Shown piece after piece: positions 13,135 through 25,790 of a stretch of 64,000 bases of DNA. Position 1 is the first letter of the stretch. Every line of letters starts with the position of its first letter. Source of the stretch: Octopus sinensis. Lineage: Eukaryota. A model generated the notes under the pieces. The model saw only the letters and a program-made list of their open reading frames with translations, made no database searches and had not been told where the DNA came from. The position numbers were made by a program, and so were the translations under genes. The DNA lies in the NCBI RefSeq assembly GCF_006345805.1, contig NC_043000.1, positions 159,278,001 to 159,342,000 on the forward strand, written 5' to 3'.

Positions 13135-13330
13135 TGACAGGTTTATAGTTGAGCCTGTGACAGTTGAGACCTCTAGCATTCTTGGCCCCCTGACCATATC
13201 CCTGAAACCGCCATTGGAGCAGAGATGGCTACCCACAAGTGCCAACCCCATGAGTCAGTGGCTGTTCCAGTGCCTATCCCTTGCTCTCATCTGGGGCAAC
13301 CCCTTTTCCATTTTGTCTGTTGGTGCCATG
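13135..13330 (+). pseudogene. CRE-clade-like non-LTR retrotransposon 3' fragment (restriction-like endonuclease end)
   Basis: Translation FIVEPVTVETSSILGP...QWLFQCLSLALIWGNPFSIL resembles the F.P.AVET.G..GP...LFQRLS.A..RGNA.SI motif of CRE elements. Confidence 0.55.
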
Positions 13331-13689
13331 ATAGATGTTTCTATATTGTGAAAGGCAAAATTCTCCATTAATCTTTATTAAATATTATAATTGGTTGAAA
13401 AATTAACTTAATTACTTTACTTCCTCTCTCACCCATTTCCTATCTTGTTTACATTAAGGATGGCAAATTCCTAATTACATCCCAATTAAGTTCGCCTTAC
13501 CATATTCCTATTGGAGAGGCCTCATAGTATACGTAAAAAACCATATGGCCATTGTGTAAGAATATACATAAAACTACACACAAAAAAACAGAGAAAATAT
13601 AAAACCACCTGCACGAATATAAACATAAACACACATTATATACATTTATGTGTACATGCATATATGGTACATGTGTATATAGGGGGAGA

Positions 13690-14000
13690 GTTTACGTAAA
13701 AAACAAAAGACGAAGACAGGTGGTGTACAAAATAAACAGATGTATTAGTATAACGCTCAGGAATAGAAAGTCTTTTACTTTCGAGCCTACACTCTTCTAC
13801 AGAAAGGGACACAGAAAAAAAACAAGGAGAGAAACAAAGAGAAAAAAAATGTGTAGTGGCTAACGATCTATCATGGTGACTGCCGGACAGAAGGGTCACA
13901 CAGGAGAGCGAAGAAGTAGGGGAGATAACAAAGTAAAGATGACCCCCAACATGAAGGTGCATGTGTGTATAAGAGAGTATGTATGTGCGTGTGAAAGAGG
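13690..14000 (-). mobile_element. Penelope-like terminal fragment with hammerhead-like motif
   Basis: About 300 bp homologous to 22040-22360; motif CTGTAGAAGAGTGTAGGCTCGAAAGTAAAAGA. Confidence 0.6.
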
Positions 14001-14845
14001 GCTCGTGGTCTGGACGTGTGAAAATGTGGGGATGGGAATTGGTCAGTGCTGGTACCCTGCTTATTACAAAAACAATTTCAAAATTTGCAGTTTCTCAAAT
14101 GGTGCTTCACAAGGATCTGCCCTTTCATACACACCTCAGATCATGCATGCAGCTTCATACACACTCACATCCTCATGGTATTCTCTACACACAATCTTCT
14201 TACTAGTTCTTATATCAATCATCTAAACCTTACTAAATCCATTGTCTTGCTTCTTACAAGCAACACCAGATAATAACTGCACACAACTATCATACTCAAC
14301 AGCATAACATTCACACCCACAATGGGAGTTACACTTAAGGAAAAGTACTAAAACTGGAAGACTACTTATATACAAAGGGTACAGTTTGTTGCCATAACAA
14401 GTTTAAACACTCATAGTCACTGTCATTACATGAAAGATTTGTCCTCTCTCTGAAATACATATGCAACACACAAGCACTACAACTACTGCTGTATTCCAAA
14501 GAAAATTTATCTTTCACAGAAACAAGATATGGAAAATGCAAATATATAGGAACATTCCTGGGATCATTAACCTCATAAGTCTGAAATTGTATTGGGGTGC
14601 ACCCCACCAGAAGTAAATACAAATGAACAGCACCTTGCTGACCTCCTTTTGGTCATCAACTGGAACTAGAGGCGCAGAGGAAAAGATAGGAAAATGCAGA
14701 GTGCAAACAGCCTAGACTTTCACACTGCATCATGGGTAACTCTTTCCTGCTTGTTTGAGTTTTCAGTATGATTCTTAGTTAAGTGGAGACATAATAACTA
14801 CAGATGTGTGTACTGTACCTCTATGAGTTATCTTGTTACCTGCAT

Positions 14846-15270
14846 AGGTGTAGTTGTGGCTGTGTGGTAAGTAACTTGCTTATAAACCACATGGTTCCGT
14901 GTTCAGTCCCACTGCATGGCATCTTCGGCAAGTGTCTTCTGCTATAGCCTTGTGACCAAAGCCTTGTGAGTGGATTTGGTAGACGGAAACTGAAAGAAGC
15001 CCGTCGTATATATGTATATATATATATATGTGTGTGTGTATGAGTGTGTGTGTATATATGTTTGTGTGTCTGTGTTTGTCCCACCAACATTGCTTGACAA
15101 CTGATGCTGGTGTGTTTACGTCCCTGTAATTTAGTGGTTCAGCAAAAGAGACTGATAGAATACGTACTAGGCTTCCAAAGAATAAGTCCTGGGGTTGGTT
15201 TGCTCGACTAAAGGCAGTGCTCCAGCATGGCCACAGTCAAATGACTGAAACACGTAGAAGAGTAAAGAGT
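14846..15270 (+). mobile_element. SINE family A (CpG-decayed)
   Basis: Full-length match with many CG>TG/CA changes. Confidence 0.88.
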
Positions 15271-15332
15271 ATACCACAAGAGGATTCTATTAGAGTTGAT
15301 ATGAAATTAGACAAGAGCAACCTGTTGCAAAG

Positions 15333-15630
15333 TCATGGACAATGAAAATTATATACAATTGCCTGTAACATAATGTCATTGAGAAAAAAATGAATTGTTT
15401 GGATTTGATCGATAATCTTGTGCATATCAAAAATAAATAAATGCAATTCACAAAGTAGAAGATTGGAATCTGCACCAAGGAGGCTGGCAAAATGTTCAAC
15501 GTTAACATAGTTGTTTTCCTCTTCTTGAGAGTTATATAACCACTCTTCTCCAGCCATCCTTGTTTGAATCATTAGGTCAATGCTAATAATTGGTTTTCCA
15601 TAGAATAAGGCAGATGTAATAAGAAAAAGT
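15333..15630 (-). CDS. Candidate further terminal exon or small ORF (uncertain)
   Basis: Strong acceptor ttttttttttaattacattttcag at 15631, then 99 open codons in the same phase as the SDR last intron; no recognisable homology. Confidence 0.2.
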
Positions 15631-16334
15631 CTGAAAATGTAATTAAAAAAAAAAGGTAAATTTTTTAATTTCAAGGAGAAATAAATTGATGTTAAATGAA
15701 GAACAAACACAAATTTACTTTCAAAGTATTTAATTATCATCATATATAAGTATATAGCAACTGAATTTAATTTTACAACAATTAGAGCAAGAATTAAAAA
15801 GAAAATTGAAAAAAAAAATACAAAAGATCAAACCAAATAACGAATGCAGAAATGAATCATTGTACTTTGTTGTGTTTAATTACATCTTTTTTTTTTAGTT
15901 TTTAATGCCAATGTGGCAACACAAATTACCTTAAAAAGTTTTCCTGAGGTATTACTTTCATAAAATTTTTTAAGTGATCTCTCTTACAGATACAAGCCCC
16001 AAAATTCATAGGAAAATGGTTTAGTCATTTGAATCAAACCAGGCTTTGATTGGTAACACAAATAATTGACTCTCCAGAGGGGTGAAAAATATGGAAACAG
16101 TTTGGATGGAATTAAATATTGACAAACATTTTTAGCTGGAGAACTTGAAAGATTTGGCCATTATGTTGAGTCCCTACATGATGGATTTTGGGAATGGTAA
16201 TGTAGTAGTAAATAGTGTTGGTTAACAGTCTAGAGTGTGATATTTCAGAAAGATGAGGAGACAGAGCAGAGACAGGAGAATAGTGTCTCAATGAAACTAA
16301 ATGTCTGCTAAAACAACACAATAACAGTAATAAT

Positions 16335-17102
16335 AATACTTTCTACTATAGGCACAAGGCCTGAAATTTTGGAGGAAGGGTTAGTCAGTTACATCAACCC
16401 CAGTGCTCAACTAGTACTTATTTTATCAACCCTTAATTGGAAAAATGTCAACCCTGGTGGCATAATTATAATAATCCTTTCTACTGTAGACACAAGGCCT
16501 GAGACTTGGGAGAGGAGACTAGATAATTACATTGACCCCAGTACTCAATTGGTACATTTTATTGACCCTGAAAAAAATTAAAGGCAAAGTCAACCTCAAC
16601 AGAATCCGAACATAAAGATGGACAAAATGACACTAAGCCTTTTGTCTGGCATGCTAATAATTCTGCTAACTTGCCATTGTAATCATAACAAATAATAATA
16701 ATGGTTTCTCATATCTGCACAAGACCACAAATTTAGTGGGAGAGGAATAGCTGACTTTGCTGTACCTTGTATTTGACTGGTACCTTATTTGATATAGGCT
16801 GGGGGGGGAGTGAAAAACAGTGTTGACCCTGGTGGGATATGAAGTCAGAATGCAAAAACCAAGAACAAATACTGTAATGCATTTATTCCAACACTCTGCT
16901 GATTCTGCCGACGTGTCACCTTCAGCTGTTTCTGGTATAGGTAGAACGCCAGCTATTTTGAGGAGAGAGGATTCGTTGATTACATCAAAACCCAGTACTT
17001 CAATGACACTTATTTTATTGACTCCGAAAAAGATGAAAGATGAAGTTGACCTTTGTTAAATTTAAATCCTGAATGTAAACAATTCTGCCAACTTGCCTTA
17101 AC

Positions 17103-17145
<43 letters not shown>

Positions 17146-18435
17146 GTTTCAAATTTTGGCACAAGGCCAACATTTTTGGGCGAGGGGCCAGTTTGATTAC
17201 ATCAACCCCAGTGCTCAACTGGTACTTATTTTATCGACCCTGAAAAGATGAAAGGCAAAGTCGACCTCAGCAGAATTTGAACTCAGAATGTGAAGACAGA
17301 TGAAATTCTGTTAAGCACTTTGCCTGGCATGCTAATGGTTCTACCGGCTCACTGCCTTTAACATAATAGTAATAATGATCCTTTCTACTACAGGCACAAG
17401 GCCGGAAATTTTGTGCGACGGGGAATAGTTGATTATATTGACCCCAGTGTTCATTGAACCTGAAAGGATGAAAGGCAAAGTTGACCTTGACAGAATCTGA
17501 ATACAAAATATAAAGGACAGGTGAAATGCCATTAAGCATTTTGTCCACTGTGCTAATGATTCTGCCAGCTCACTGCATTAATAAGAACAACAATAATAAT
17601 AATAATGATGAAAAGAAGAAGAATATCTAATGTAGATGCAAAACCATACATTTAAACTCAAAGTGTTGAAAGATAATAAAAAAACTGAAAAGTATTTAAC
17701 ACACCCACCAGCTAATTCTGCCCATCACCACCAAAATAAGTTTACAATAAGACAAGTTTACATAATATAACAACAATAATAATATCTTAGACAGGCACAA
17801 AATACGGGGAAGGTTTATAATTGATTGAATTGATACCAATACTTGGTTGGTAATATCTGTTCTCAATGGCAGAAGGATGAAAAGCAAAGTTGATAAACAA
17901 ATATCTGAACTTGAAAAAAAAAAAACTCGCCAGTTGACAGAACTTTAATTTAGACCTGTTCCTCAAACTTTTCTTTCTGCTTCTAAGCCATTATGTCAAT
18001 AAATCCTTTCTACTAAAGGCACAAGGCCTGAAATTTGTGCGGAGGAGACTAGGCAATTACATCAATACCAGTGTTTCACTGGTACTTAATTTATCGGCCC
18101 TGAAAGAATGAAAGGCAAAGTCGACCTTGGTGGAATTTGAACTCAGAACATAAAGGCAGATGAAATGGCGCTAAGCACTTTGCCAAGTGTGCTAACAGTT
18201 CTGTCAACTCACCACCTTAATGGTAGTAATAATGGTTTCAAATTTTGTCACAAGGCCAGCAATTTTGGGGGTAGGGAACAAGTTGATTATATTGACTCCC
18301 AGTGCTTTTATTTTATTGACCCTGGAAGGATGAAAGGCAAAGTCAACCTGGGCAGAATTTGAACTCAGAACGTAAAGATGGATGAAATACCACTAAGCAT
18401 ATTGCCAAGTGTGCTATTGATTCTGCCAGCTGACT
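16335..18435 (-). mobile_element. Cluster of about 8-9 old family-B-related SINEs, mostly head-to-tail and separated by (AAT)n
   Basis: Repeated GGCACAAGGCC...GAAAGGCAAAGT.GACCT...GAATTTGAACTCAGAA blocks. Confidence 0.8.
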
Positions 18436-20428
18436 GCTTTGATGAGGATGATAATAATAATAATGTTAATATCAAAAACTCAAATATTCTTATTCCATCT
18501 TCATACTTTAATTCCATTGTAATTTCAGAGGTATATATTTTTTACTTCATTTTGCGTATTTTTTCCCAATTTTTTTTTTAGCTTTTTAAAAAATTTTTTC
18601 CATATTTAAAAAATATTTTAAACATATTTATTAATATATAATTTAATTTAGAAATTAATTTATTTATGTATGCATATTTTCAGCTGACTTTTAGTGAAGC
18701 TTGTTCTTGTTCACTCACCAATGTTTATATCAATGATGTGCAAGGCTGTGTGTGTATATGTATCATTTATATGTGTATGTGTGAATCATTTATTATCAAT
18801 ATAGTCTCATTGAAAAGTCTGAATACATTGACAAAAAAAAGTTTTAAAATGTAATTGATGATGTAAATAAAAAAAGAAGAAAAATAAGGAATGCATTTAG
18901 TAATATAATCAGATAACATAATGACTAACAAAAGAGAGATTTCTGAAGTTGGACAGGTGGTCTATCTTTCTCTACCCTAGGCGTTTTTCCTACTTCCCTG
19001 TATGCTTACAAAAGGAAATATCAATGTTATACAACTAAATATTTGGTATTATAATCACCTAACCTCTAATACAGCAGTGACATGGTTAGACATGCTTTTA
19101 ACCAAATTTTTTTATAGTAATCTCTAGTTATTTTCCCATGCAGTATCTTTTAAATTGGAAAATTATTAAACATTTTCTGTTTCAAATTTTGTTCTCAATA
19201 TAATCCTGCAGATTTTCTTTAGGGTTCAGACCAAAAGATTATGCCGGTCATTTACCCAATACAGTAATCTCATTAGCTAGCACTAAGCTATTCTTTGGAT
19301 ATATGTAGAAAATCCATGTTGGAATATATTGCAATTAAGGATGCTTATATGAATAAGGAACAGCTTCAGTGGAACATCTAGGTAAGTTTCAGAATTAATA
19401 TTGTGGGATATTATCCAAATACCAGTGCTGCCCTTTGAAGAAATAACCCTCCCACCACCACCACCCATATCATAATGGATGGCCATTGCTTGACTCATAC
19501 GAGAATATATACATAAGATTGTACTTTGAGTTTGATGGATGACAAACAAAAGGAGTTTTAGATGTAAATCTTTAATGGCTGTTTTGTCATAAACATTACA
19601 TTTAACCAGCCCACATTAGTCCAGTTTTTATTATCACTGCAGAAGCACAGATAATCCTAGATGTCTTCTGTGAAAGCCTTATTTATTTTGCTGTACTTAA
19701 AGCAATTATTTAAGTCTTCCAGCAATCAACAACTTATAGTCTTAACATAGAATTCTTCCCTGTAAATGGCGATGCAACACAAAGACAATCAATCACACAT
19801 TTGGTTTGAAGATTTTGGTACAAGGTTTACCTGACATTCCATGTCATTTGTGCACATCTATCAAATGAAAATGACAATAAGCTTTCTGGACATCGTCAAC
19901 TGATACTTTTAGCTGTGCTGATATCTTCCTGTATGGGAGTCCATTGCTAGGCAAAGGAAGAATCTAAGCCCTTATTTCAAATGATAGCTCCTTATTTTAA
20001 TAAAACACTGACATCTACTATGATAGCTTAAATCTCAAATAAACAAGAAATTATGAAGTAATATTTTATCATTCATATACAATAATACATAATATAAGTT
20101 TTCTTACTTGCGCAAGTAGCTAGTAGATAACTGATTTCTATACTTAATAAAAAAAAATTGAGAAAAAATCTTAAATTTCGTTTTTGTATTCAGACTTTAG
20201 TCCAAGATGACATTTCATTTGATAATGTATGTATGTATGTTTGAATATATATGTGTGAGTGTGTGTATTCCTGTGCACTGTGCGTTTATACATTTTTATC
20301 AGAGCAAGTGTCTGCCTCTGAATTAATTAATAAGCCTATAGATACTTATTTGTGTGCATGTATATATTTGTATATGTGTTTCTCTGTGTATGCATGTAAA
20401 TGTGGTAGTGTGAGTGTATGGAGAAGAT

Positions 20429-20522
20429 TCATTCTTGTTTTTGTCGGCCAATAAATGTCTCCATACTTTGAGTGGTAGCAAAGAAGTTACAAACCACTGA
20501 CATACATCTCACCGGCAAGTAC
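20429..20522 (-). CDS. SDR16C5-like: SDR alternative terminal exon B (YLPVRCMSVVCNFFATTQSMETFIGRQKQE*)
   Basis: Acceptor ttttatttttgtcttttag|G, phase 2; TGA at 20431-20429; aligns with exon A and with the family-type M.TF.GR C-terminal motif. Confidence 0.85.
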
Positions 20523-20770
20523 CTAAAAGACAAAAATAAAAGAAACAAGAGTTACATTTTTGTTACAATAGCTCATCATATAAAACATTACATAACTTTA
20601 TTATGGTAACTTATAGAAACTATTAGTGATATCATGCAGTTAACTTATAAAATGATAATTTATTAATGACATTTAAAATTTATATATAGTTTATAATAGT
20701 AATTTATTAATAATTAATAATTCAAAAATTAAATATAACTTAATTGAAGAATAAAATTCACCAGAAAATA

Positions 20771-21714
20771 TTAGGTCATCCCATAAGTTCTGTCCAAATT
20801 TTGAATAAAGAAAATAAGTGATCAAATGTTATATTTAATTGAAATTAATAATCAATGTACTTTCCCTGATTATCTATGACTTCCATCCATCTATTTACAA
20901 GCTTTTAAATCCTATCAATGTAAAAACTCTTCTGGTTTCAAAGCAAAGAACTGCTAGTCTGAAGGAGAACCTTTTTTTCCATGAAGTTCCCTTCTCGGTT
21001 GTGGCTGAGCTTTTCCCCTTTTACCAAGCCACTGTTTACAATGTTTAACATTTCATTAGAAGATCTATTTTTCATTACCAGTCACAAGTCTAACCAAAAA
21101 GGGTCAAATGAGTTTGCAAGAATGGAGAGAAGAGCAGATGTCAACTTGGGATTTGCGGTTGCTTTCGGACAATTCATGAGGCACCCATTTTCCAAGTTTA
21201 GGAACCTTTCCAAGTTGTTGAAGATGATGATGAACAGTTGTAACGACTTGAATTAAGCTTTATTGCCAATTCTTCAACTGATAATGCAGGATTTTCTTCA
21301 AGTAATGCCTCAAGGAGCTTATCATCAAGCTCAACTGGACGTCTTGTTCAATCTTCATCTTCAAGGCTGAAATCACTACTTTTGAATTTTGCAAACCATC
21401 TTCTGTAATTTTTCTCATTCAAGCATTCTTTCCCATAAACTGAGTGTATGTTTTGAGTCGCTTCAGCTGCAGAATTTCTCTTTTTGTACTCATAAAGCAT
21501 TATGTGCCTTAAATGCTCTTTGGATACTTCCATATTAGAAAGGGTTTTAATCAAAGAAATTTTAATTCTATTATTCTGTAAAATAATATTTAGTTTAAAT
21601 GTACACAAATGCATAAAAATAATCTTTAATTCCATTAGATATTCTAAACTACTATTAAATTTCATTCATTTTTGAAAAAGGTAAAATCAGACAGAACTTA
21701 TGGGATGACCCTGA
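20771..21714 (-). mobile_element. Mariner transposon, internally deleted and decayed
   Basis: TIRs GGTCATCCCATAAGTTCTGTC with TA flanks; transposase remnants MEVSKEHLRHIMLYEY..., RRWFAKF, KWVPHEL, LVTGNEK and C-terminal KVIDNQGKYID; most of the catalytic domain is absent; stops and frameshift present. Confidence 0.9.
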
Positions 21715-22039
21715 TATCTTTTTAGTCTTTGTGTATAAGGACTTTTGGCAAGTGGAAAATAAATTATGCAATACATGAGAATTATGTAATATATATATAT
21801 TGATAGTACATAGATAAGTTTTTGAGTTCATATGCAATAAGCAAGGAGTCTGACATCTCATCAGAAAGACAGAAAAATGTTTTTAGAACATCATGAAATT
21901 AAGTGTAAAATTTTTGACAAGCAATACCACCTATATCTATCCATATATATCTATCTACCTACCTATATCTATCTACCTACCTACATCTATCTATATCTAT
22001 CTATCTACACCATACAACATTACACATCACATCATACAT

Positions 22040-22360
22040 ACATACATACATACATACACTCTCTCATACACACACGCACCCTTATGTTGGGGCGAAGTCA
22101 TTTGACCCTGTTATCTCTATTTTCGCTCTTGCATCTCACGTTTGATCTCTGACTTCTGGCCAGAATCGCCATGTTGAATTGCTAGCTTCTGCACGCATTT
22201 TTTTCTCTCCTTGTTTCTTTTCTGTGTATCTTTCTGTTGAAGAGCGTAGGCTCGAAACGTAAAAGACTTGTTTTATTTATATTCCTGAGCGCCATACTAA
22301 TACAATTGTTTGTTTGTACTCTACCTGCCTTCATCTTTTGTTTATTTTCATAAAGCTTCC
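22040..22360 (+). mobile_element. Penelope-like terminal fragment with hammerhead-like motif, embedded in (CTAT/CTAC)n
   Basis: Homologous to 13690-14000 and 5200-5350; motif TCTTTCTGTTGAAGAGCGTAGGCTCGAAACGTAAAAGA. Confidence 0.6.
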
Positions 22361-23002
22361 CGTTATCTATCTATCTATCTACCTACCTACCTATCTATCT
22401 ATACCTATCTACCTACCTACCTATCTATCTATATATACCTACCTACCTACCTATCTATCTATTTATCTATCTATCTATACCTACCAACCTACCTGCCTGC
22501 CTGCCTAGCTAGCTAGCTATGATTTTTATCTTTTTATACTATATATCTCTCTGTATCATGCTAGTATTATCAATAAGCTTTTGTTTTTAATTTAAGCTAC
22601 CATTTTTACAGCTGGAAACTCATTCTTCAGTTATACTCAATTACAAATGATGAGAATATTAGCAGTGAATCAAACTGAAGCATGTACAGTTGTGTCTAAT
22701 ATAGATCACTAAGGTCACCACACACACCTTTTCAAAACAGACCAATGAATTTAAACTTGACCATATGACTACACAGTGAAGATTAGACATAAGAATGGCC
22801 ATCTAAAAGAGCCAAGCACATCATGCTCTGCCACTTGGGGCATCATAAATACAGCAAAACCTCACATCATAGGGTCTAAATTAGATCCCTCTAAATCACA
22901 GCAATGCTTTTCAACAAATAAAAGTTCTTAACCCTTTTCCTTTCCGTCCTTTGTTTTTACTTTGTTTGCTTCTTTTTTTATTTAAAAAAATTTTTTTTTA
23001 TT

Positions 23003-23412
23003 TCTCTTTTACTTGTTTCAGTCATTTGACTGCGGCCATGCTGGAGCACCGCCTTTAGTCGAGCAAATCAACCCCAGGACTTATTCTTTGTAAGCCCAAT
23101 ACTTATTCTATCGGCCTCTTTTTGCCGAACTGCTAAGTGATGGGGGACATAAACACACCAGCATCAGTTGTCAAGCAATGCTAGGGGGACAAACACAGAC
23201 ACACACACATACATATACATATATATATATATATATATATACATATATACGACAGGCTTCTTTCAGTTTCCGTCTACCAAATCCACTCACAAGACTTTGG
23301 TCGGCCTGAGGCTATAGCAGAAGACACTTGCCCAAGGTCCCACGCAGTGAGACTGAACCTGGAACCATGTGGTTGGTAAGCAAGCTACTTACCACACAGC
23401 CACTCCTGCGCC
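23003..23412 (-). mobile_element. SINE family A
   Basis: Full-length match to the other copies. Confidence 0.9.
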
Positions 23413-24162
23413 TATTTATTTATTTATTTATTTTTTTACACATGTATAACAAATGTGTGGGAGGGATTTGTTTTGAAATACATTTAAAATATTCAGTATC
23501 AGATAAATATACTTGATAAAACAATGTAGAGTAACCAAAATTGTATACTTATGATTATAAAAATACATATGTAGTCATTTCCCCCAGAGTAAACACATGT
23601 CAGTAATGGAAAAGGTTAATCTGGAGACAGATCTGATATTGTTTTGCAGATGCAAAACCTATCTGAAGACATCTTAAAATCACATAGATAATGCCAACCA
23701 AATTCAATCTCTAACTCAATATCCTACAATAACTATACTATTACTATGACATTCACAGCTGAACCAACACAATATTCAAATGTCTTATGCATTTGTGGAT
23801 GCATGTGTATGTATAAAATAATAGAGAATATAAAAACAGTCAGAGCAGTAAATAATTTTCCATTTTTTATATTTATTTATACAGAGATATGAAATGTCTG
23901 GATCTTCCTAAGGAAACAGCAGACCACTGCTTATTTTGTATTTAATGGGGTTTTTTTTTGTGCCTATGTAGATGTCTACACAAAAAAAAACAAAAAACAA
24001 AGATATAAAAAAAACACAAGTAGAGGTCTGCTGTTTCCTTACCAAAATCCAAACATTCTATATGTGCATATAAATGAAAAGAAAAGAAAGGAAAGAAAAA
24101 TGCCCATTGTCTAACTTTCTCTATCAAATCGTTATTAATATATTTTGCTGCAGACATCCAAG

Positions 24163-24180
24163 AACGTGTGTGTATGTGTG

Positions 24181-24235
<55 letters not shown>

Positions 24236-24274
24236 GTATGTATGTATGTGTGTGTGTGTATATATATATATGTA

Positions 24275-24319
<45 letters not shown>

Positions 24320-24350
24320 GTGTGTATATATATATATATATATGTATGTA

Positions 24351-24397
<47 letters not shown>

Positions 24398-24485
24398 ATA
24401 TATATATATACATGTATGTATGTGTGTATATATATATATATGTATGTATGTGTGTATATATTATATATGTATGTATGTATGTGTG

Positions 24486-24545
<60 letters not shown>

Positions 24546-24660
24546 ATATATATATATGTATGTGTGTGTATATATATATATACATGTATGTATGTGTGTA
24601 TATATATATATATGTATGTATGTGTGTATATATATATATATGTATGTATGTGTGTGTGTG

Positions 24661-24702
<42 letters not shown>

Positions 24703-24714
24703 TATATGTATGTA

Positions 24715-24767
<53 letters not shown>

Positions 24768-24782
24768 GTATATATATATGTA

Positions 24783-24822
<40 letters not shown>

Positions 24823-24835
24823 CACACATACACAC
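24163..24835. repeat. Compound (TA)n(TG)n micro/minisatellite, about 670 bp
   Basis: Repeating TATATATATGTATGTATGTGTGTG-type units; source of several spurious ORFs. Confidence 0.95.
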
Positions 24836-24986
24836 ACTGCTTTGCACCTGTATGCTAGTATATAAACATGGACATTTCTGCATGACTACATATTCATATC
24901 TTTGTTCTTCATATATTAGGTTACTTACCTGTCTTTATAACTACACATTCTGGATGAATACTTGAACACACACACATATATGTATG

Positions 24987-25054
<68 letters not shown>

Positions 25055-25409
25055 GCGTGTGTGTAGTTCTATGCACATGTATATCTACTTTATAGTACAC
25101 TGACACCAAGTAAAACTCATACACACACTGACAGATGCATCAGGACTACCTTTGCACACACATCTATATAGATAAATTAATTTATGTCTGATTTATTACA
25201 CTTGTATAAACACAGTTTTTTTCTTACCTAGTTAAGTATGGTTGTGTTTGTATGAATGCAACTGGTTCAATATATTTGTGCATATGTGTGTGTATTCATA
25301 GGTTTGAGTTTTTGTACATTAAAATTGTTCTATTATATTTGCCTGATATATATATTATATATATCAGATTATATGTATAAGCTTATTTAAAACTTTTTTA
25401 TGCCTGTAG

Positions 25410-25790
25410 ATTCTTCTATTCTTTTACTTGTTTAAGTCATTAGACTACAGCCACACTAGAGCACCGCTTTGAGTAATTTTAGCCAAATGAATCAACCACA
25501 TTACTCATTTTTTTAGGCCTGGTAATTATTGTATTGATCGCTTTTGCTAAATCACTAAGTTACAGGGCTGTAAACACAGTAATACTGGTTGTTATTCTGT
25601 GGTACAATACACACACACACACAATGAGTTTCTTTCATTTTTCTGTCTACAAAATCTACTCACAAGACTTCGATCAGACTGAGGATATAGTAAAAGGCAC
25701 TTGCTCAAAGTGTCACACAGATGTATTGAACCTTAAATAATGTATCAGGGAAGCAAACTTCTTACCTTACAATCACACCTGTGCCTATGA
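25410..25790 (-). mobile_element. Old diverged family-A-like SINE
   Basis: Recognisable but degenerate match; similar degenerate pieces near 30940-31070, 37150-37275 and 41490-41870. Confidence 0.6.

Noticed and set aside
24074-24965. Long ORFs (230-265 aa) of YI/HT/CV repeats on both strands
   Set aside because: Translations of a (TA)n(TG)n microsatellite; stop-free by composition
24921-24965. Perfect CAG|GTAAGT donor after ...ECVVIKTG
   Set aside because: Only superficial similarity to VLITG; preceded by microsatellite with no plausible exon
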